The notes below the pieces were generated by a model. That model was not told the origin of the DNA. It did not search any database and worked only from the letters and a program-made list of their open reading frames with translations. Position numbers and translations under genes: made by a program. Below are positions 1 through 13,309 of a stretch of 64,000 bases of DNA, piece by piece; positions within the stretch are counted from its first letter, which is position 1; each line of letters starts with the position of its first letter. The stretch comes from Heptranchias perlo. Taxonomy: Eukaryota. The stretch covers positions 23,002,001 to 23,066,000 of the forward strand of contig NC_090334.1 of the NCBI RefSeq assembly GCF_035084215.1, written 5' to 3'.

Positions 1-163
1 TTCAATTATTGTTTTTCTTCCAAATCTGGTTTAATCTGCAGTCCCCTCACTCTTTCTCCAAACTGACTGATTCCATTATCTTGTTCTTCCCACCAAAGCC
101 AAACCCAGCAACAAATACAGTAAATTGCATGGTTACCCAACTCCTAACAAACTGTAGGTTACC

Positions 164-332
164 CCAGGCAATGGTAGGTCATTAACCTGTTCCACTGGGT
201 CTCCAGAGTGTGAAAGATGAATTAATTGTCAGGAAACCTTTGCCTGATGTGGAGGTTTGTAGGTGTGGTTCCTTTCTCTCTCAGTCCATATAGTAGTCTT
301 TATTAACTGTTGTGTTCCCTTCCTAGCTTTTG
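164..332 (+). repeat. Diverged local duplicate of 1298-1468 (last 10 nt of the FUT8 exon, its donor and about 160 nt of intron)
   Basis: ccaggcaatgGTaggt-attaacctgttccactgggtctc...agcttttg is present at both places with scattered substitutions and indels. Confidence 0.93.
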
Positions 333-1188
333 TGTTGGTGCAGGGGATGCTCAGTTAGTTTGGGGATTCATAATATAAATGTTCTGTGTATCCTTTTTAA
401 TATCATTGAATGTGTATTTTTAAGAAATTGTGTTACTTTTTACTTTGTTTTTTTGAGTAGACTTATGTGTACAAATCCAGTGAGAGGCTGCACAATCTCA
501 CATAGCGGTATCGTGAAAGAAATAAACAAACTAAAAAGTAGAAAATCAATTTCAACTCACTTAAAATAATTGTTGTTTTATTTCCAAGATATTTAAATAA
601 ACAGAATAGTGATCACTAGTGGATGGGTTATAAAGACTATTTCTGTCCCAGGAGTTTCAATTAAATGGTTCCACCAGTATCTAGAGGGAGTTCAAAACCT
701 AAGCCACTGGTGAAGGTCAGACAGCAGAAGTGACTTGTCGGAGTGGCGGACAGGCTAGAAGCTTGACTCTCTCTTGAGTCTAGGTCCGTCTCTAATGAGT
801 GTGAGAAAATCGCCTTTTCTTACAGACACAAGTGCAGGAATGTACTGGCACACGGAAAGCGCAAAGGATTTGCTGCAAATGCTGATTTGCGTCGATACAG
901 CAGAAATTCACGCACAGATTCTGACTCCTGACTGCTCTCCAACTGGACAAAGTTAAAGGAAGATACCTCCAGCATTGCTGCTTCTCCTCTCTATACAGAG
1001 TAGTTATTTTTCCCCAGTGTGGAAGAAAGTTAGCATTTCTTGCCTACTTTGCTGTCCAGATGCAGCTTAAGAAAGTCATTTACTAAGATTCCAGCCAGTC
1101 AATAAGATACCACGTGTGCTGAAGAGTATTCCAATATGTTAATATACAGGCACTGCTTGTTTGACTGACTTAATCTTTCTCCATTCAG

Positions 1189-1307
1189 GATTCCTGAAGG
1201 TCCCATTGACCAGGGACCTGCTGCTGCTAGAAGAGTGCGTGCATTAGAAGAACAACTGATAAAGGCCAAAGAGCAGATAGAAAGTTATAAGAAGCGACCA
1301 GGCAATG
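1189..1307 (+). CDS. FUT8: FUT8 internal coding exon (stem/coiled-coil region), 119 nt, phase 2-1
   Basis: ttctccattcAG|G ATT CCT GAA...GGC AAT G|GTaggt. Translates [39 protein letters not shown], matching recalled vertebrate FUT8 ([34 protein letters not shown]). Confidence 0.96.
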
Positions 1308-1529
1308 GTAGGTGATTAACCTGTTCCACTGGGTCTCTAGAGTGTGAAAGATGAATCCATGTCAGGAAACCTTTGCCTGATGTGGTGGAAGTTTGTCGGT
1401 GTGTTTCCTTTCTCTCACAGTCCATAAAGTAGTCTTTATTAACTGCTGTGTTCCCTTTGCAGCTTTTGAAGTAAACAGTTGTTAAATGTACAAGCTCTGT
1501 ACATTACATATTGTTGAATAATGTAAAGG

Positions 1530-2390
1530 TTGCATTAGAAGACATTAATAAACTTGCAAAATGGGCGTGTAATTAGCAAATTAATTTCACTCTAGATAAT
1601 TGTGAGGTGGTGCATTTTGGTAGGAAAAATAAGGAGGCCGCATACAGCTAGGATTAATAAGAGTCTAAATGGGGTAAAGGAGCAGAGGGATCTAGGGGTA
1701 CAGATACACAAATCACTAAAAGTGACTCTGGTTAATAAGGCCATAAAAAGGCAAACCAAGCATTGGGGTTCATTTTCTAGAAGAATCGAATTGAAAAGCA
1801 GAGAAGTTATGTTAAACTTGTATAGAACTTTGATTAGACCACACTTGGAGTATTGTGCACAGTTCTGGCCTCCATATTATAGAAAGGATATAGAGGCATT
1901 GGAGATGATGCAAAAAGATTTACAAGAATTATACCAGAACTGAGAGGATATACTTATCAGGAAAGTCTGAACAGGCTGGGACTCTTTTCTCTGGAAAAGA
2001 GAAGGCTGAGAGGGTCACCTGATAGAGGTCTTTAAGATAATGATAGGGTAGACGTAGAGAAAATGTTTCTCCTTGTGGGGAGTCCAAAACTGGAGGTCAT
2101 ACATAAAAGATAATCACGAATAAATCCAATAGGGAATTCAGGAGAAACTTCTTTACCCAAAGAGTGGTAAGAATGTGGAACACACTACCACAAGGAGTAG
2201 TTGAGGCAAAAAGCATAGATGCATTTAAGGGGAAGCTAGATAAGTACACGAGGGAGAAAGGAATAGAAGGGTATGCTGATAGGGTTGTATGAAGAGACTC
2301 GTGTAGAGCATAAACGCTGGCATAGACCAATTAGGTCAAATGGCCTGTTTCTGTGCTGTAGACTTGATGTAACTCGATGTAAAACTCGAT
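1530..2390 (+). mobile_element. CR1 LINE 3' fragment (ORF2 C-terminus and tail)
   Basis: LYRTLIRPHLEYCAQFWPPYYRKDIEALE motif, frameshifted, with CR1-type 3' UTR. Confidence 0.9.
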
Positions 2391-4041
2391 GATATCAGTC
2401 AACAAAACAGCAAATATACCAATCCAGCAGAAAGACTCTTGACAGAATAGGGACCAAGGAGCTTTATCACTTATGCATCCTGAGCTCAGGTCTGCCTGCC
2501 AGACAAATATTGCACCATGTGGCTCCCTAACATGCTTCCTGTTTCTGTCATGGTAGAAGTTAAGCAGCCTGACCATATTAAATAAAGATGTAGATATATA
2601 ATACATGTAGTAGTTGTGGTGAGTAACGATAATTAAAGTGTTGCTTTGGCTCTGCTGGAGGACTAGTTTTAATGACTTAGGTTTGGTCTCTTCTCTTGCA
2701 CAGGTTCTTTGATTGTATTGTTTGTTGAGAGAACACTTTCTTGGTCAGTGTACAACTATCAGTAGCACTCAAGCAGCTTTAAAAATTCGATGTGTGGGAG
2801 AAAAGAAGGATCTGTGAAGTTGCAGTTGCGAATGTCTGTTCTTCCAGACTGGAGCACAGAGCTTTGCCAACATGCTGAGCCACTCTCATCGCCATTTCAT
2901 TTCTTCATTATTTTCTCCCTCCCCCACTTTCCCGGCCTCTTTGGCCAGATGGTCAGACTGATTAACTTCCCACACGTGCTCTCAATGCCACTGTGCAACT
3001 GACTTGGCAGGAGGTGTGGTCTAAGTGGGGATGTCAGTTTTTGCCCCACTTCCATGGTGCCTGCCCGAGATCTTGACACAATTCACCCGATGGGGCAAAG
3101 AACTTGAAGTGGCAGGCAGCTGTTTGCTTCAAATTGGGAGTTGAGTTTGAGCGACTTAAAGGCAATGGGTAAGCATAACATAATGTACCATGTCCTCCCC
3201 CGCAATCTATGTAATACTCAAAAATACTTTGACAATCTGCTGCCTGGGAAGAGGTATTCTTAATTAGATGGTTGATGCCGAGCCCCATGAGATTCCAACA
3301 TTTCAGGTCTTCTCCTCGCACCAAGGGGTTGCTCTGCTGAACTCAATTATGAGGGGGTCAGAATGGCTGGGTACAAAACCCTATGATGTGCGCCCAGTTT
3401 ACATTTTGACCAGGAAGTGGCTGAGCTAGGAAAAGCAGTGTGGGTTGGGTACAGCAGATGGTGATAAATTAGGAATAACACAGATTTTTACACCACTTTG
3501 TAATTGCATATATATGAGGAAAAACATTATGTTGAAATAACCTCTCCCCCCGCCCCCCCCCCCCACACCTCCCTTCAGTATTATTGATCACCTAACACTC
3601 CCAGGTGGCCTGAATATTTTCTGAATGTCTTATACTTTATGGACATAAACAGTGTGAGAACTGATCCTTTATGGCTCTGAAAATGAGGATGTATTTCCCA
3701 TCATTGAGCAATGCTGAAAGTGAATCTTTTCTGTGGGTCCAAGAGTTTTCAATCTGTAATTGCGCATCTTGGGTGGCATGCTTCACTGAAATAACATTTA
3801 AAATATGTAATTTTCTGCAGTATTTGCTTTAATTTAATAATGTAAATGCAACCAGTTCACTAAAGGACTGAATTAGATTTTCAGCTCACTAAATGTTTAA
3901 ATGCTAATGGCCCCTCGTTCACCCTGGGGCAGAGCAAAGACACTTTTGTTGGGAGAGAGTATACTGTCAATGAAATAAAGTGATTCGAAACCTTCACTTG
4001 GAGCACTTCTCCTGTGTAACTGTCATTATGCGGTGCAGCAG

Positions 4042-4204
4042 GTCCTGGGAAAGAGCACGAGGAGCTGCGGCGTAAGATTGAGAATGGAGTGAAGGAGCTG
4101 TGGTTATTTGTGCAGAGTGAAGTCAAGAAAGTGAAACACCTGGAGGGGGAGGAGGCACAGAGGCAGGCGGATGCATTACTTGAGAACCTTGGACACCAGC
4201 AGAG
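4042..4204 (+). CDS. FUT8: FUT8 coding exon, 163 nt, phase 1-2
   Basis: cagcAG|GT CCT GGG AAA...CAG CAG AG|GTaagg. Translates [55 protein letters not shown], in frame with the flanking exons. Confidence 0.95.
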
Positions 4205-4559
4205 GTAAGGTTCACTCAGCCCTCAACAATACGGCAATGTCGATAGCCTCAGTTTCTTTATATGCGTCAAAGCCATTCAAAGGCTGTTAAAAGTCCTTTT
4301 AAGCTCATGGGACGATACTTTACTGCTGTCCCGATGGCAGTGCTGTTTCAGAAAACTGCTTGAGATTGCAATGTGCTTTGTACATCATCCTGGCATGAGA
4401 GAGCTGCATAATGGTCAGTACTTTGCAAGGGTTTAAGTTCAGAAAGGCAGAGTGATATTTGTCTTTGTCTTCTGACAAAGAAAATCATTTTTGTCAAAAG
4501 AAACTCGTCAAAAATGATTGTAAAGCAGTTATCTTTGATACTTCATTCCTCACCATTTT

Positions 4560-4762
4560 TCCCCCTTTCTCTCCTGAAGGCACTGACTTTTGCGAGGGTA
4601 AGGTTCCCACAGTACCAAGCCTAACTAATCATTATTCATACGTGAAATTTGGCAATGCATGTCAGCAGGCTTCACAGCCAAGCATGATCTTCATCTGAAC
4701 ACAGCAAGGGTTGCAGGATCGTGATGAGGAGTAGGAACCCCAGCTGGTTTTCCTCCCCTAAC
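4560..4762 (-). mobile_element. Old tRNA-derived SINE fragment; similar copies at about 6090-6460, 26490-26790, 37470-37710 (-) and 8625-9110, 41500-41820 (+)
   Basis: Shared degenerate motifs (tctcctgaaggcactgac..., gatcaggagcaggaaccc...). The + copy has a ggctcagtgg...ttcaattcc A/B-box-like head. Confidence 0.55.
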
Positions 4763-6828
4763 GCAGAGCAGATATCTTTTATGCAGATGCCCACTGGGAT
4801 GGCACAATACAATTTTTTTAACACATACATTGCATTAATTTGAGCAAGGTAAAAAAACTACCGATGCAAAAATGAAGTTTATCGTCTATAAGCAGCTGTG
4901 AGAAACAGTAGCTGTTGTTCCTGCCTTCAACAGCAAAGGCTGGGTATATCCTGACTGTAATAGTTTATATCTACATGATCTGTAGGCTTCTAGTCCTGTT
5001 GCTTCGCAGCTGATGACTATTTCAATTGCTCGGCGCCAAATGTCCTCAGGTTTGCAGGATGCTTTAGAAGTTTAGGACGCTATCGCACAGCCATTTCCCA
5101 AAGTGCAGCACTCTGAGGTTTCACAAACTCAGTATCACAGTCATGCATGCAATTGTCAAAATGAATACTTTTCATCCTGGAAACTCTCAGAATTGATAAT
5201 GGTTACCATCAATAAAAATGTTGCACCATTTCATGCAGCTGCCTGTGACCTGCTGTGACACACTTAGAAAAACATCCTAATGTGTCCAAGGAGGTGTTCA
5301 CTTCTTATCGAGCCATAGCTCAACAGTGGTAATGTTCAGTCATGCATGAGGTGATAATTGAGGAGAGGCAGCTTGACCAAAGGTTGAGAACATTGAAAGA
5401 TGACATTTGACTGGTCTCCCCGTGTAATCAAGCTGCCTATCCTGAATTGCACACCTGCTGTGCACAGTCACGTTCATTGTTTCTTCACTTCGTTCACATT
5501 TCATGCCATTTCTGTTTTCACGCTATCCAGGCGGGAATGAAAAGAACAGTATAGTGCTGAGTGATAGGATGTTAGATCTATGATTGGTCCCATTAATCCT
5601 TTTTGGGAGGTGGGAGGAGGAGAATTGGAGGGTGATAGTCCTTGGGCCCTCTTCCAATGTCTCATACAGCCGAGTTTACAGTGCCATTTGGCAGCTGCCG
5701 AGAAGTAAGTTGCCTGCCTGCCCCGAAAATTTGTGGATACTTGAAAAGAGGGTGTAAAGATAAATCACAACTGATAGTGGGGTAGGGTGGAAGAAGAAAT
5801 TAGGAGTGAGATGGTATGAAATGGTATCATAGAATTTGGCAACAGGTTTTTGTGTAAGTTAATTGAACAAGCATGCAAGAGTGCATTGGGAAGTTTTCCT
5901 AGTTTTTGACATTTTACTGTTAACCAAATGCAGTCCTCCCAAACGGTGAGAGACTGCACAACTGTTAAATCTCCGTTTGAGGTTTATCACAATAACTTAC
6001 TTTTAATATTTATATGCGCTTTCAGTATTCTGGACCCTGCAGCATTTTGCCTGTTTAACCTCCAGTGACAACATTGAGTGCTTCCAGTCAGCTACGCAAC
6101 TTCATTTTTCCCCATTCCTCCCTTGAAGACACAGGCTCATGCTGGGGTACAGTTCCATGGTAGCTGGCAGCCCTCTGGTACATCAACTGGCCACTTTTCA
6201 TTTGTCTGCCAAGGAAAAGTTGAGAGAGCATCACAACCCAAGCCTGACTGTGTCCTCACTTGATGTCCACACTCTACAATTTTCATCAGGAGGTTTTTGG
6301 CTCGTGAGAAGGCACAGAAACCTTGATTTTTTTTCTTCTCTCCTCCGCACCCCCCCCCCCCCAAAGCTCTGGGACACTCAATTACTGCCCAAGCCGAGAT
6401 CAGCTAAATCAGTAAAGAGCAGAGATCAAACCTGGATCTCACTGATCTGGGTAAAAGCACTGTGAAGTGCATTTATCTGATGAACCACTGAGGAGCTGTA
6501 CAGATTGATGTGGAGCTTCTCCTCCATTGTCCTGACAACAAGCCCAGCTTCAGACTGAAACCGTAAATGTAGCATTGTAACATTCTCATCTTCTCAACTT
6601 TTTGTTTATATACACAAAATGACAGGGGGAGGAATTTATACTGCAGACTCAGGAGATTCAGGTTTCCCAAATAAATTTTATGTACCTTCCATAGCAACCT
6701 GACTTCATTTCCTGGACACTGTTCTAATGTTTTGTGAAAACCAGTCCCCTGCTGTTGCCGTTTGTGATCTGTGACATGGCAATTGGACTGGCTTTTGAAC
6801 CTTGCTTGTGTTTCTTTGCATTGTTTAG

Positions 6829-6943
6829 GTCTATTATGACCGATGTATACTACCTCAGTCAAACAGACGGGGCTGATGAATGGAGAGAGAAAGAGGCCAA
6901 GGATTTGACAGATCTGGTTCAGCGGAGAATAACATACCTGCAG
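6829..6943 (+). CDS. FUT8: FUT8 coding exon, 115 nt, phase 2-0
   Basis: ttgtttAG|G TCT ATT ATG...CTG CAG|GTattg. Translates [38 protein letters not shown], near-identical to recalled FUT8. Confidence 0.97.
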
Positions 6944-8261
6944 GTATTGCTCGTTAGAAGTACAGTGAGCGTGAATTTGTAGCAGGAACTGCCTTTTATG
7001 TCAGCCAAATGCAATGTCAAGAAAACAAGCCCTTTCTCAAAAAGGGGGTACACAAAAGATTACAATATTCAGTTGGGGTTAATGTCACAAGTAAGATTAC
7101 ATCAGTTTTGTGATTAATTTTCTGAAAAATTAAATGTCACAGTGTGAAAACCAGGCCAATAGCTACGTGGAATTGCATTGGTTTGTTGTCAGTATCTCTA
7201 TTCCCATAGAAACGTAGAGATCCAAATTTAAAGTCATCTTGGGGGAGGGGTTCTATTTGCCTGTATAGTGACAGCCTCTGCATGCTTTCCTTCAAACTCA
7301 TGGGTTTATTCAAGTTTATTTATTGAACAGAGTTGTACACAAAGGAAAAACCTCATGCAATTCAGCTTCATTGCTGTGACGACTCTATTGGAGTATTCTT
7401 CGTAGAATCACCTTGATTAGCATTCAGCACCTTGGAGAGTGGCCTACAGAAGTCAAACACTTCACAGTGCTGACAAATCCACTTGTCCGTACAGCTAATA
7501 TGTTGTAGGCAGAAAATGCGCATGGCTGGTTTAGGCATTTTCAAATAATTCCCTTCTTAAATGGCAAAATTCTCCCAAAATGTGTTTAGGAAATACAGAG
7601 GAACAATCACAATGAACTTGGATACAATGTAATTGCATTTAGTAGAACATGTGTATCTGACTATCGGGTATCTGCCCCAGGTATTTACTCAGTTATGTGA
7701 GAGTTCATGTGTATTGTACATCCATCTGTTCCAGCAGAGAAGCATCTCCAGAATGCTTGTCTAAACATAGCTCAGTGATATCTTGTATGATACACTGTAC
7801 TAACAAGTTTTGATGCAGAGTTAACAGGTTGCTGTTGTGGCTGTTTCATATTCATATTAGTGTTGTGGTATTGCCTCAAGCCTATCACCCTGTGACCCCC
7901 CCAACTCCTGACCTCCACAATCCAAAACCCTTACTTACCTGAACATTCCTTCTCCCTGGGAGTTTTCTCACAGCAGCTGATCTTGGTGATGACTAAGTTA
8001 CCACTGAATTGTTATACAATAAGAATCCCTCAGAAGCACTTAAACTGATTGTGCTGTACAGATATCTAATATTAACCCTTTACGTGCCTTAGAAAACTAA
8101 GAGCTGCTTTTTTTACTTCACTAATATATTAAAAAGGCCTTTAGTTTACCTGTCACATCAGTGTGGGTGCTGCGTCGAGGTTCACCCCACGGAGACCATC
8201 CATGTGGTCACAGGGACAGCTATACTGCATGTCCTCTGACTCACTGGGATATATATTTTCT

Positions 8262-8516
8262 CCACCATTGGTGGCCGTGCCTTCAGCTGCCTAGGCCCTA
8301 AGCTCTGGAATTCCCTCCCTAAGCCTCTCTCTCTCTCTCTCTCTCTCTCCTCCTTTAAGTCGCTCCTTAAAACCTGCCACTTTGACCAAGCTTTTGGTCA
8401 CCTGTCCTAATATCTCATTATGTGGCTCAGTGTCAAATTTTGTCTGATAATGCTCCTTTGAAGCACCTTAGAACATTTTACCATGATAAAGACGCTATAT
8501 AAATGCAAGTTGTTGT
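8262..8516 (+). mobile_element. L2-type LINE 3' end containing a (CT)n run
   Basis: ggccgtgccttcagctgcctaggccctaagctctggaattccctccc...ctatataaatgcaagttgttg; same family as 23301-23808 and 63117-63503. Confidence 0.8.
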
Positions 8517-10198
8517 GTATTTTTTTTTTAAACGACAATACTGCAAGCTAGTTTGCAATTTAACTGAATACAATGTCACTCCTGTAACAGTGCCTTCTGA
8601 TCAATTGTGTGCGTATCTGAAGTCGGGGTGGCTCAGTGGGTAAATATACCATGTAGTGTTCTACTGGGCTTCACAGAGCAAGGAGCTTTCCGATTCAATT
8701 CCTGGCCCAGACTGAGTTAGTTTATTAATTTTAGTTAGAGCAGCAGTGGGGGCACAACAATTGGCCTCAGTCTTGGGAAAGGAGAAATCTGCTGCTGATC
8801 GCTGTTCAGTGACTTTCTGTAAAGGTCATGAATATGGCGTGGGTGAGGATGGGAACAGGATTGACTATGATTGGAATCACTGTTGACTGAATAACACGCA
8901 TTCCCCTTTTTAAAGATACGAGATTGTTGGATTTTTACGTGTTTTGGGAATTGTTTTCTGCAATTCTATCCATTTGTCCGTGAGCACAGTAAACCAATGG
9001 CCTTGACTGGGATGTTCTCCATGGTCAAATAGCCTGTTGCCAACTCACCTGGCTCTTTCAGAGGAGGGCTGCTCCTGTCTCTGAAACCATACTCCTGCAC
9101 AAAATTGGCCATCATTGTTCCCCGACATGATCAATTGAAGTTTGAGTTTGTTGGAACTCTATCTCCATGTTTCTCAGGTAAGTTTCAGATTCTGGCAAGT
9201 TATTTTTCATCAGCTTCTTGTCCTTGTTTTGCTTTTAATTTCTAAAAAAAAAGTCATTAGTATGACACATTGCTCTGTAATATGTCATCCAGTTGTCTTG
9301 CTCTCTTCAGGTACTTTGAGTAACCGGTATGTTGTCACTCTATCAGTGGTGACCCAGCAGTGACTCCTGCTTCTGACTTGGTCTTCTACTTCATGCACCT
9401 CTCGGAGAGCTCTTGATAGGTCATTGTGTGTTCATAGACAAGGTAGACAACATGTGTCATTCCAAAGGGATCCAACAGTACAGATAGTGGAGATGCTATT
9501 GATATGAATCCTGGAAATTATTATAAATCAGCTTTAGTCATGTTTGGAGGCCACTGGTATCGGTGTTGGAAATTTTATTTGAAGTTATTTTGCTGGTGAT
9601 GATGATTTTAAAGATAGATTTATTTCTTTGTTAAACTTTTAGCTGGGTAACAGACCAGCCTCAGCAGTTAAAATGACACAAGTCAGTGATGTTTACATCA
9701 ACATATGGCTGTCACACGCTGAATAACTAGTTAAAGACTGGGGAAGAAACTTCTGTATATCACAAAAACCACAAAGTTGAATCTGTAAAGTTGCTAAATG
9801 TAATTAAGTTGAGCCGTGTAACCCTCAGTTCCTAATGTGTACAAGTTTGCAATGCAGCACTGCCCAAATATTAACACGAACGGCATTCTCAGTCGTAAAA
9901 TGGCTTGTGTGGGAAATGCAAGTGAGACCAGTAAGCTGAAAGTACTTGACTGAAGTAGAAGTTAAGGGAGTTTGATAACAATTTTTTTACATTGCCTCAA
10001 GCTTAGTTAAACATATCAATTACAAAAATAAATGCAATGTGCTTTGAAACTATTGAAGCATATTCTGATCAGGACATTATAAACTAGGAGGGAACTTCAA
10101 CCTCCTACACTGGCACAAAGCATGAAATTTTAAGCACTGATCAGCAAATGTGTCGCTGAACTTGTTCTTCATTACCATCAAATTCTGTACCTTTAATT

Positions 10199-10622
10199 GT
10201 CAGCCTTGGCTCATTGGTAGCACTCTCACCTTTTAATCAGAACGTCATAGGTTCAAGCCCCACTCCAGAGACTTGAGCACATAAATCTAGGCTGACACTT
10301 CAGTGCAGTACTGAGGGAGTGCCATCTTTCAGTTGAGATGTTAAACTGAGGTCTCGTCTGCTCGCTCTGGTGAATGTAAAAGATCCCACAGCACTATTCA
10401 AAGAACAGGGAGTTCTCCTGATGATCTGGCCAACATTTAACCCTCAACCAACACCGCTGAAAACAGATTATATGGCTATCTGTTCATGGGATCTTGATGT
10501 GCACGCGTTGGCTGCTGTATTTGCTGACATTACAACACTTCAAACAGAATTCATTGACTGTAAAGCACTTTGAGACATCCTGAGGGCATGAAAAGTGCAG
10601 TATAAGAGCAAGTTTGTTCTTG
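10199..10622 (+). mobile_element. Near full-length SacSINE1/DeuSINE-like SINE
   Basis: tRNA-like head (tggctcattggtagc...ggttcaagccc), Deu-domain-like core (gagatgttaaactgagg...gtaaaagatccca...gggagttctcc...tggccaa) and L2-like tail. Confidence 0.8.
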
Positions 10623-10944
10623 CTTTATGGATAAGTTGTAGCCCCTGCCTGTATTACATTACATGAAATTTCTCGTTAAAAATGCAATCCCATAAAACAC
10701 CTTTGGACTTCTTTAGGGCAAGGACTGCTGTTGTACAGATGAAACATTCAAGATGCACTGGGAAAACCAAAATAAGACATCAAAGGCAGGTTTCAGTGGA
10801 ATCCTGGCACTATGGAATATATAACTTTTATTTCTACAAGTGAACTTTAATGCATAACTCTGATTGAAGTTATGACTAGGTTTAAGTTGCTGTCACTGAT
10901 GATTAATTCAATTGAAACTTTTCAAGACTAACGTTGATAGCTTT

Positions 10945-11060
10945 TTATTAGGTTAGGGTATGAAGGGATATGGATCACAGACTGGTAAATGGGGTTAGAT
11001 CAGCCATGATCTAATTGAATGGCGGAACAGCCTCGAGGGACTAAATTTCCTGTTCCTATG
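10945..11060 (+). mobile_element. CR1 3' tail fragment
   Basis: gatcagccatgatctaattgaatggcggaacagcctcgaggg, shared with other CR1 tails in the window. Confidence 0.8.
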
Positions 11061-12141
11061 GTGCGAGATATCAATAGGGTAATATTCAACTCTCCACTGA
11101 CCAAAACTGGTTATCAGCTGTTTGAAAAAAGAGAAACCTGTTTTTTGTGGAATGATTTTAATGATAGAGAACACCAGCATAAAATGCTATAAATCACCAT
11201 GTGACTGCACTAAGGTGCTGCAAATATCAATAAAATGTAAATATCAAAAAATATTTCTAAAACTGTCAGCCCAAACATGTGTGATACTTAGCAGTTCTAA
11301 ATTATACAGCAAAATTAAGAGCTCAGTTGCTGCTGTTGTGGTTTTGAACAGAGAAGATAATATTGCAGATGAGACTAAAGTGTACTGTGTATGATAAATA
11401 TTTACATGCAATTTCCAATGTCTTACAAATGTGTTCTGAGGTCACACAAATGTTTAATGACTATGGTGTTAGATGCTGTTCCTTTTTAGAATTCGTTTTA
11501 AAATATAGAATTACTTTGTACACAGTAGGATAGGGTTCGAATGCCATTAGGTATTTGGAACTGACCTAATGGGAATTGAATGGAAATGTTATCCCATCTG
11601 TTCGTAAGCCCAACACTTCATGAGTTAATTAACTGAGATTTAATCACAAGTGAGATTGAAGTTAAAGTCTCGCCTCTCATTGTGCATTCTATTTTGTTGT
11701 TTTTGAATTGTAAAACACCAGAAACTTATTTTGTGCTTAATTTTGTCTAACAGTGAAAGAAGAAGCGTCGACAGGAGGTTAAACTTGTACATTTCTGCCT
11801 CGCAGTGCGATGCTTGTGTGTCCCCAACTAACGCTAGGACATGGCATCAGGTCAGGGACAGTCAGTGACTGAGAATGGATCCAGTCTTACCCAACAAAGT
11901 GAGGAGAAGACAGGCAGTTCCCTTGAGGTGAGGAACAGGGCTGAGAGGAAAGGTGTTGGGAAGCTAATAATTTTTTTTAGTTAATTGAGAAATTTAAGAG
12001 TCACAGGTCCTGTGAGTTGTACTTGACACTTCAATAATGAGGCTAAAATGTAAGATCAGTCCTGGAGCGATGGTTGAGCATATAGGTACCTGGTAATGGA
12101 AGTATTTGGATAGTTAAAGCCAGGTTGTCAGGGCAACACAC

Positions 12142-13309
12142 AGAATTACATAGAATGTACAGCACAGCAATTGGCCATTTGGCCCAACAGGTCCATGCTG
12201 GTGTTTATGCTCCACATGAGCCTCCCCCTGTTCCTCTTCATCGAACCCCATCAACATACCCTTCTATTCCTTTCTCCCTCGTGTTTATCTAGCTTCCCCT
12301 TAAATGCATCTATGCTATTCGCCTCAACTACTCCCTGTTGTAGCGAGTTCAACGTCCAAACCACTCTCTAGGTAAAGAAGTTTCTCCTGAATTCCCTATT
12401 GGATGTATTAGTGACTATCATATATTTATGACCCCTAATTCTGGTCTCCCCCACAAGTGGAAACATCTCTGCGTCTACCCTATCAAACCCATTCATAATC
12501 TTAAAGATCTCTACCCTCAGACTACTCTTTTCCAGAGAAAAGAGCCCCAGCTTGTTCAGTCTTTCCTGATGGATATAACCTCTCAGTTCTGGTATCATCC
12601 TAGTAAATCTTTTTTGCACCTTCTCCAGTGCCTGCACATCCTTTTCACAATACGCAGCCCAAAACTGTTCACAGTAATCAAGGTTCTATACAAGATTAAC
12701 ATAACTTCCCTGCTTTTCAACGCTATCCCTCTAGAAATGAACCCTAGTGCTTTTTTATGGCCTTATTAACCTGTGTCGCTACTTTTAGTGATTTGTGTAT
12801 CTGTACCCCATATGGACTCTTATTACCCAAGGAGTAGGTGGCCTCCTTATTCTTCCTGACAAAATGTACCACCTCACACTTATTTATATTGAAATTAATT
12901 TGCTAATTACACACCCATTCTGCAAATTTATTAATTTTGTCACAGTCCTCCTCGGCATTAACTATACCCCCCAATTTGGTGTCGTCCGCAAATTTCGAAA
13001 TTATATTTCTGATTCCCGAGTCCAAATTGTTTATGTAAATGGTGAACAAAAGGGTCCCAGCACGGATCCTTTTGGAACACCACTTCCTACCTTCCACCAG
13101 TCTGAGTAACTACCTTTAACCCTTACTCTCTGTTTTCTGTTTTGTAGCCAGCTTGCTATCCATTCTGCTACTTGTCCCCTGACTTGACCTCAGCCATGAG
13201 TCTACTATTCGGTATCTTTTCGAAGGCGCTGCATTCCCCTTGTCTACCCTTTCTGTTACCTCTTCAAAGAATTCAATAAGGTTGGTCAAGTATGACCTTC
13301 CCTTTTGAA
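12142..13309 (-). mobile_element. CR1 LINE fragment (RT to tail)
   Basis: [43 protein letters not shown] and LTNLIEFFEEVTERVD motifs. Confidence 0.92.

Noticed and set aside
6734-6982. ORF-track starts and stops around FUT8 exons (also 63585-63863) as standalone genes
   Set aside because: Only the portions bounded by AG/GT match FUT8; the extensions are intronic.
10205-10270. tRNA gene
   Set aside because: The A/B-box-like head continues into a SINE body and tail, so it is a SINE head rather than a tRNA.
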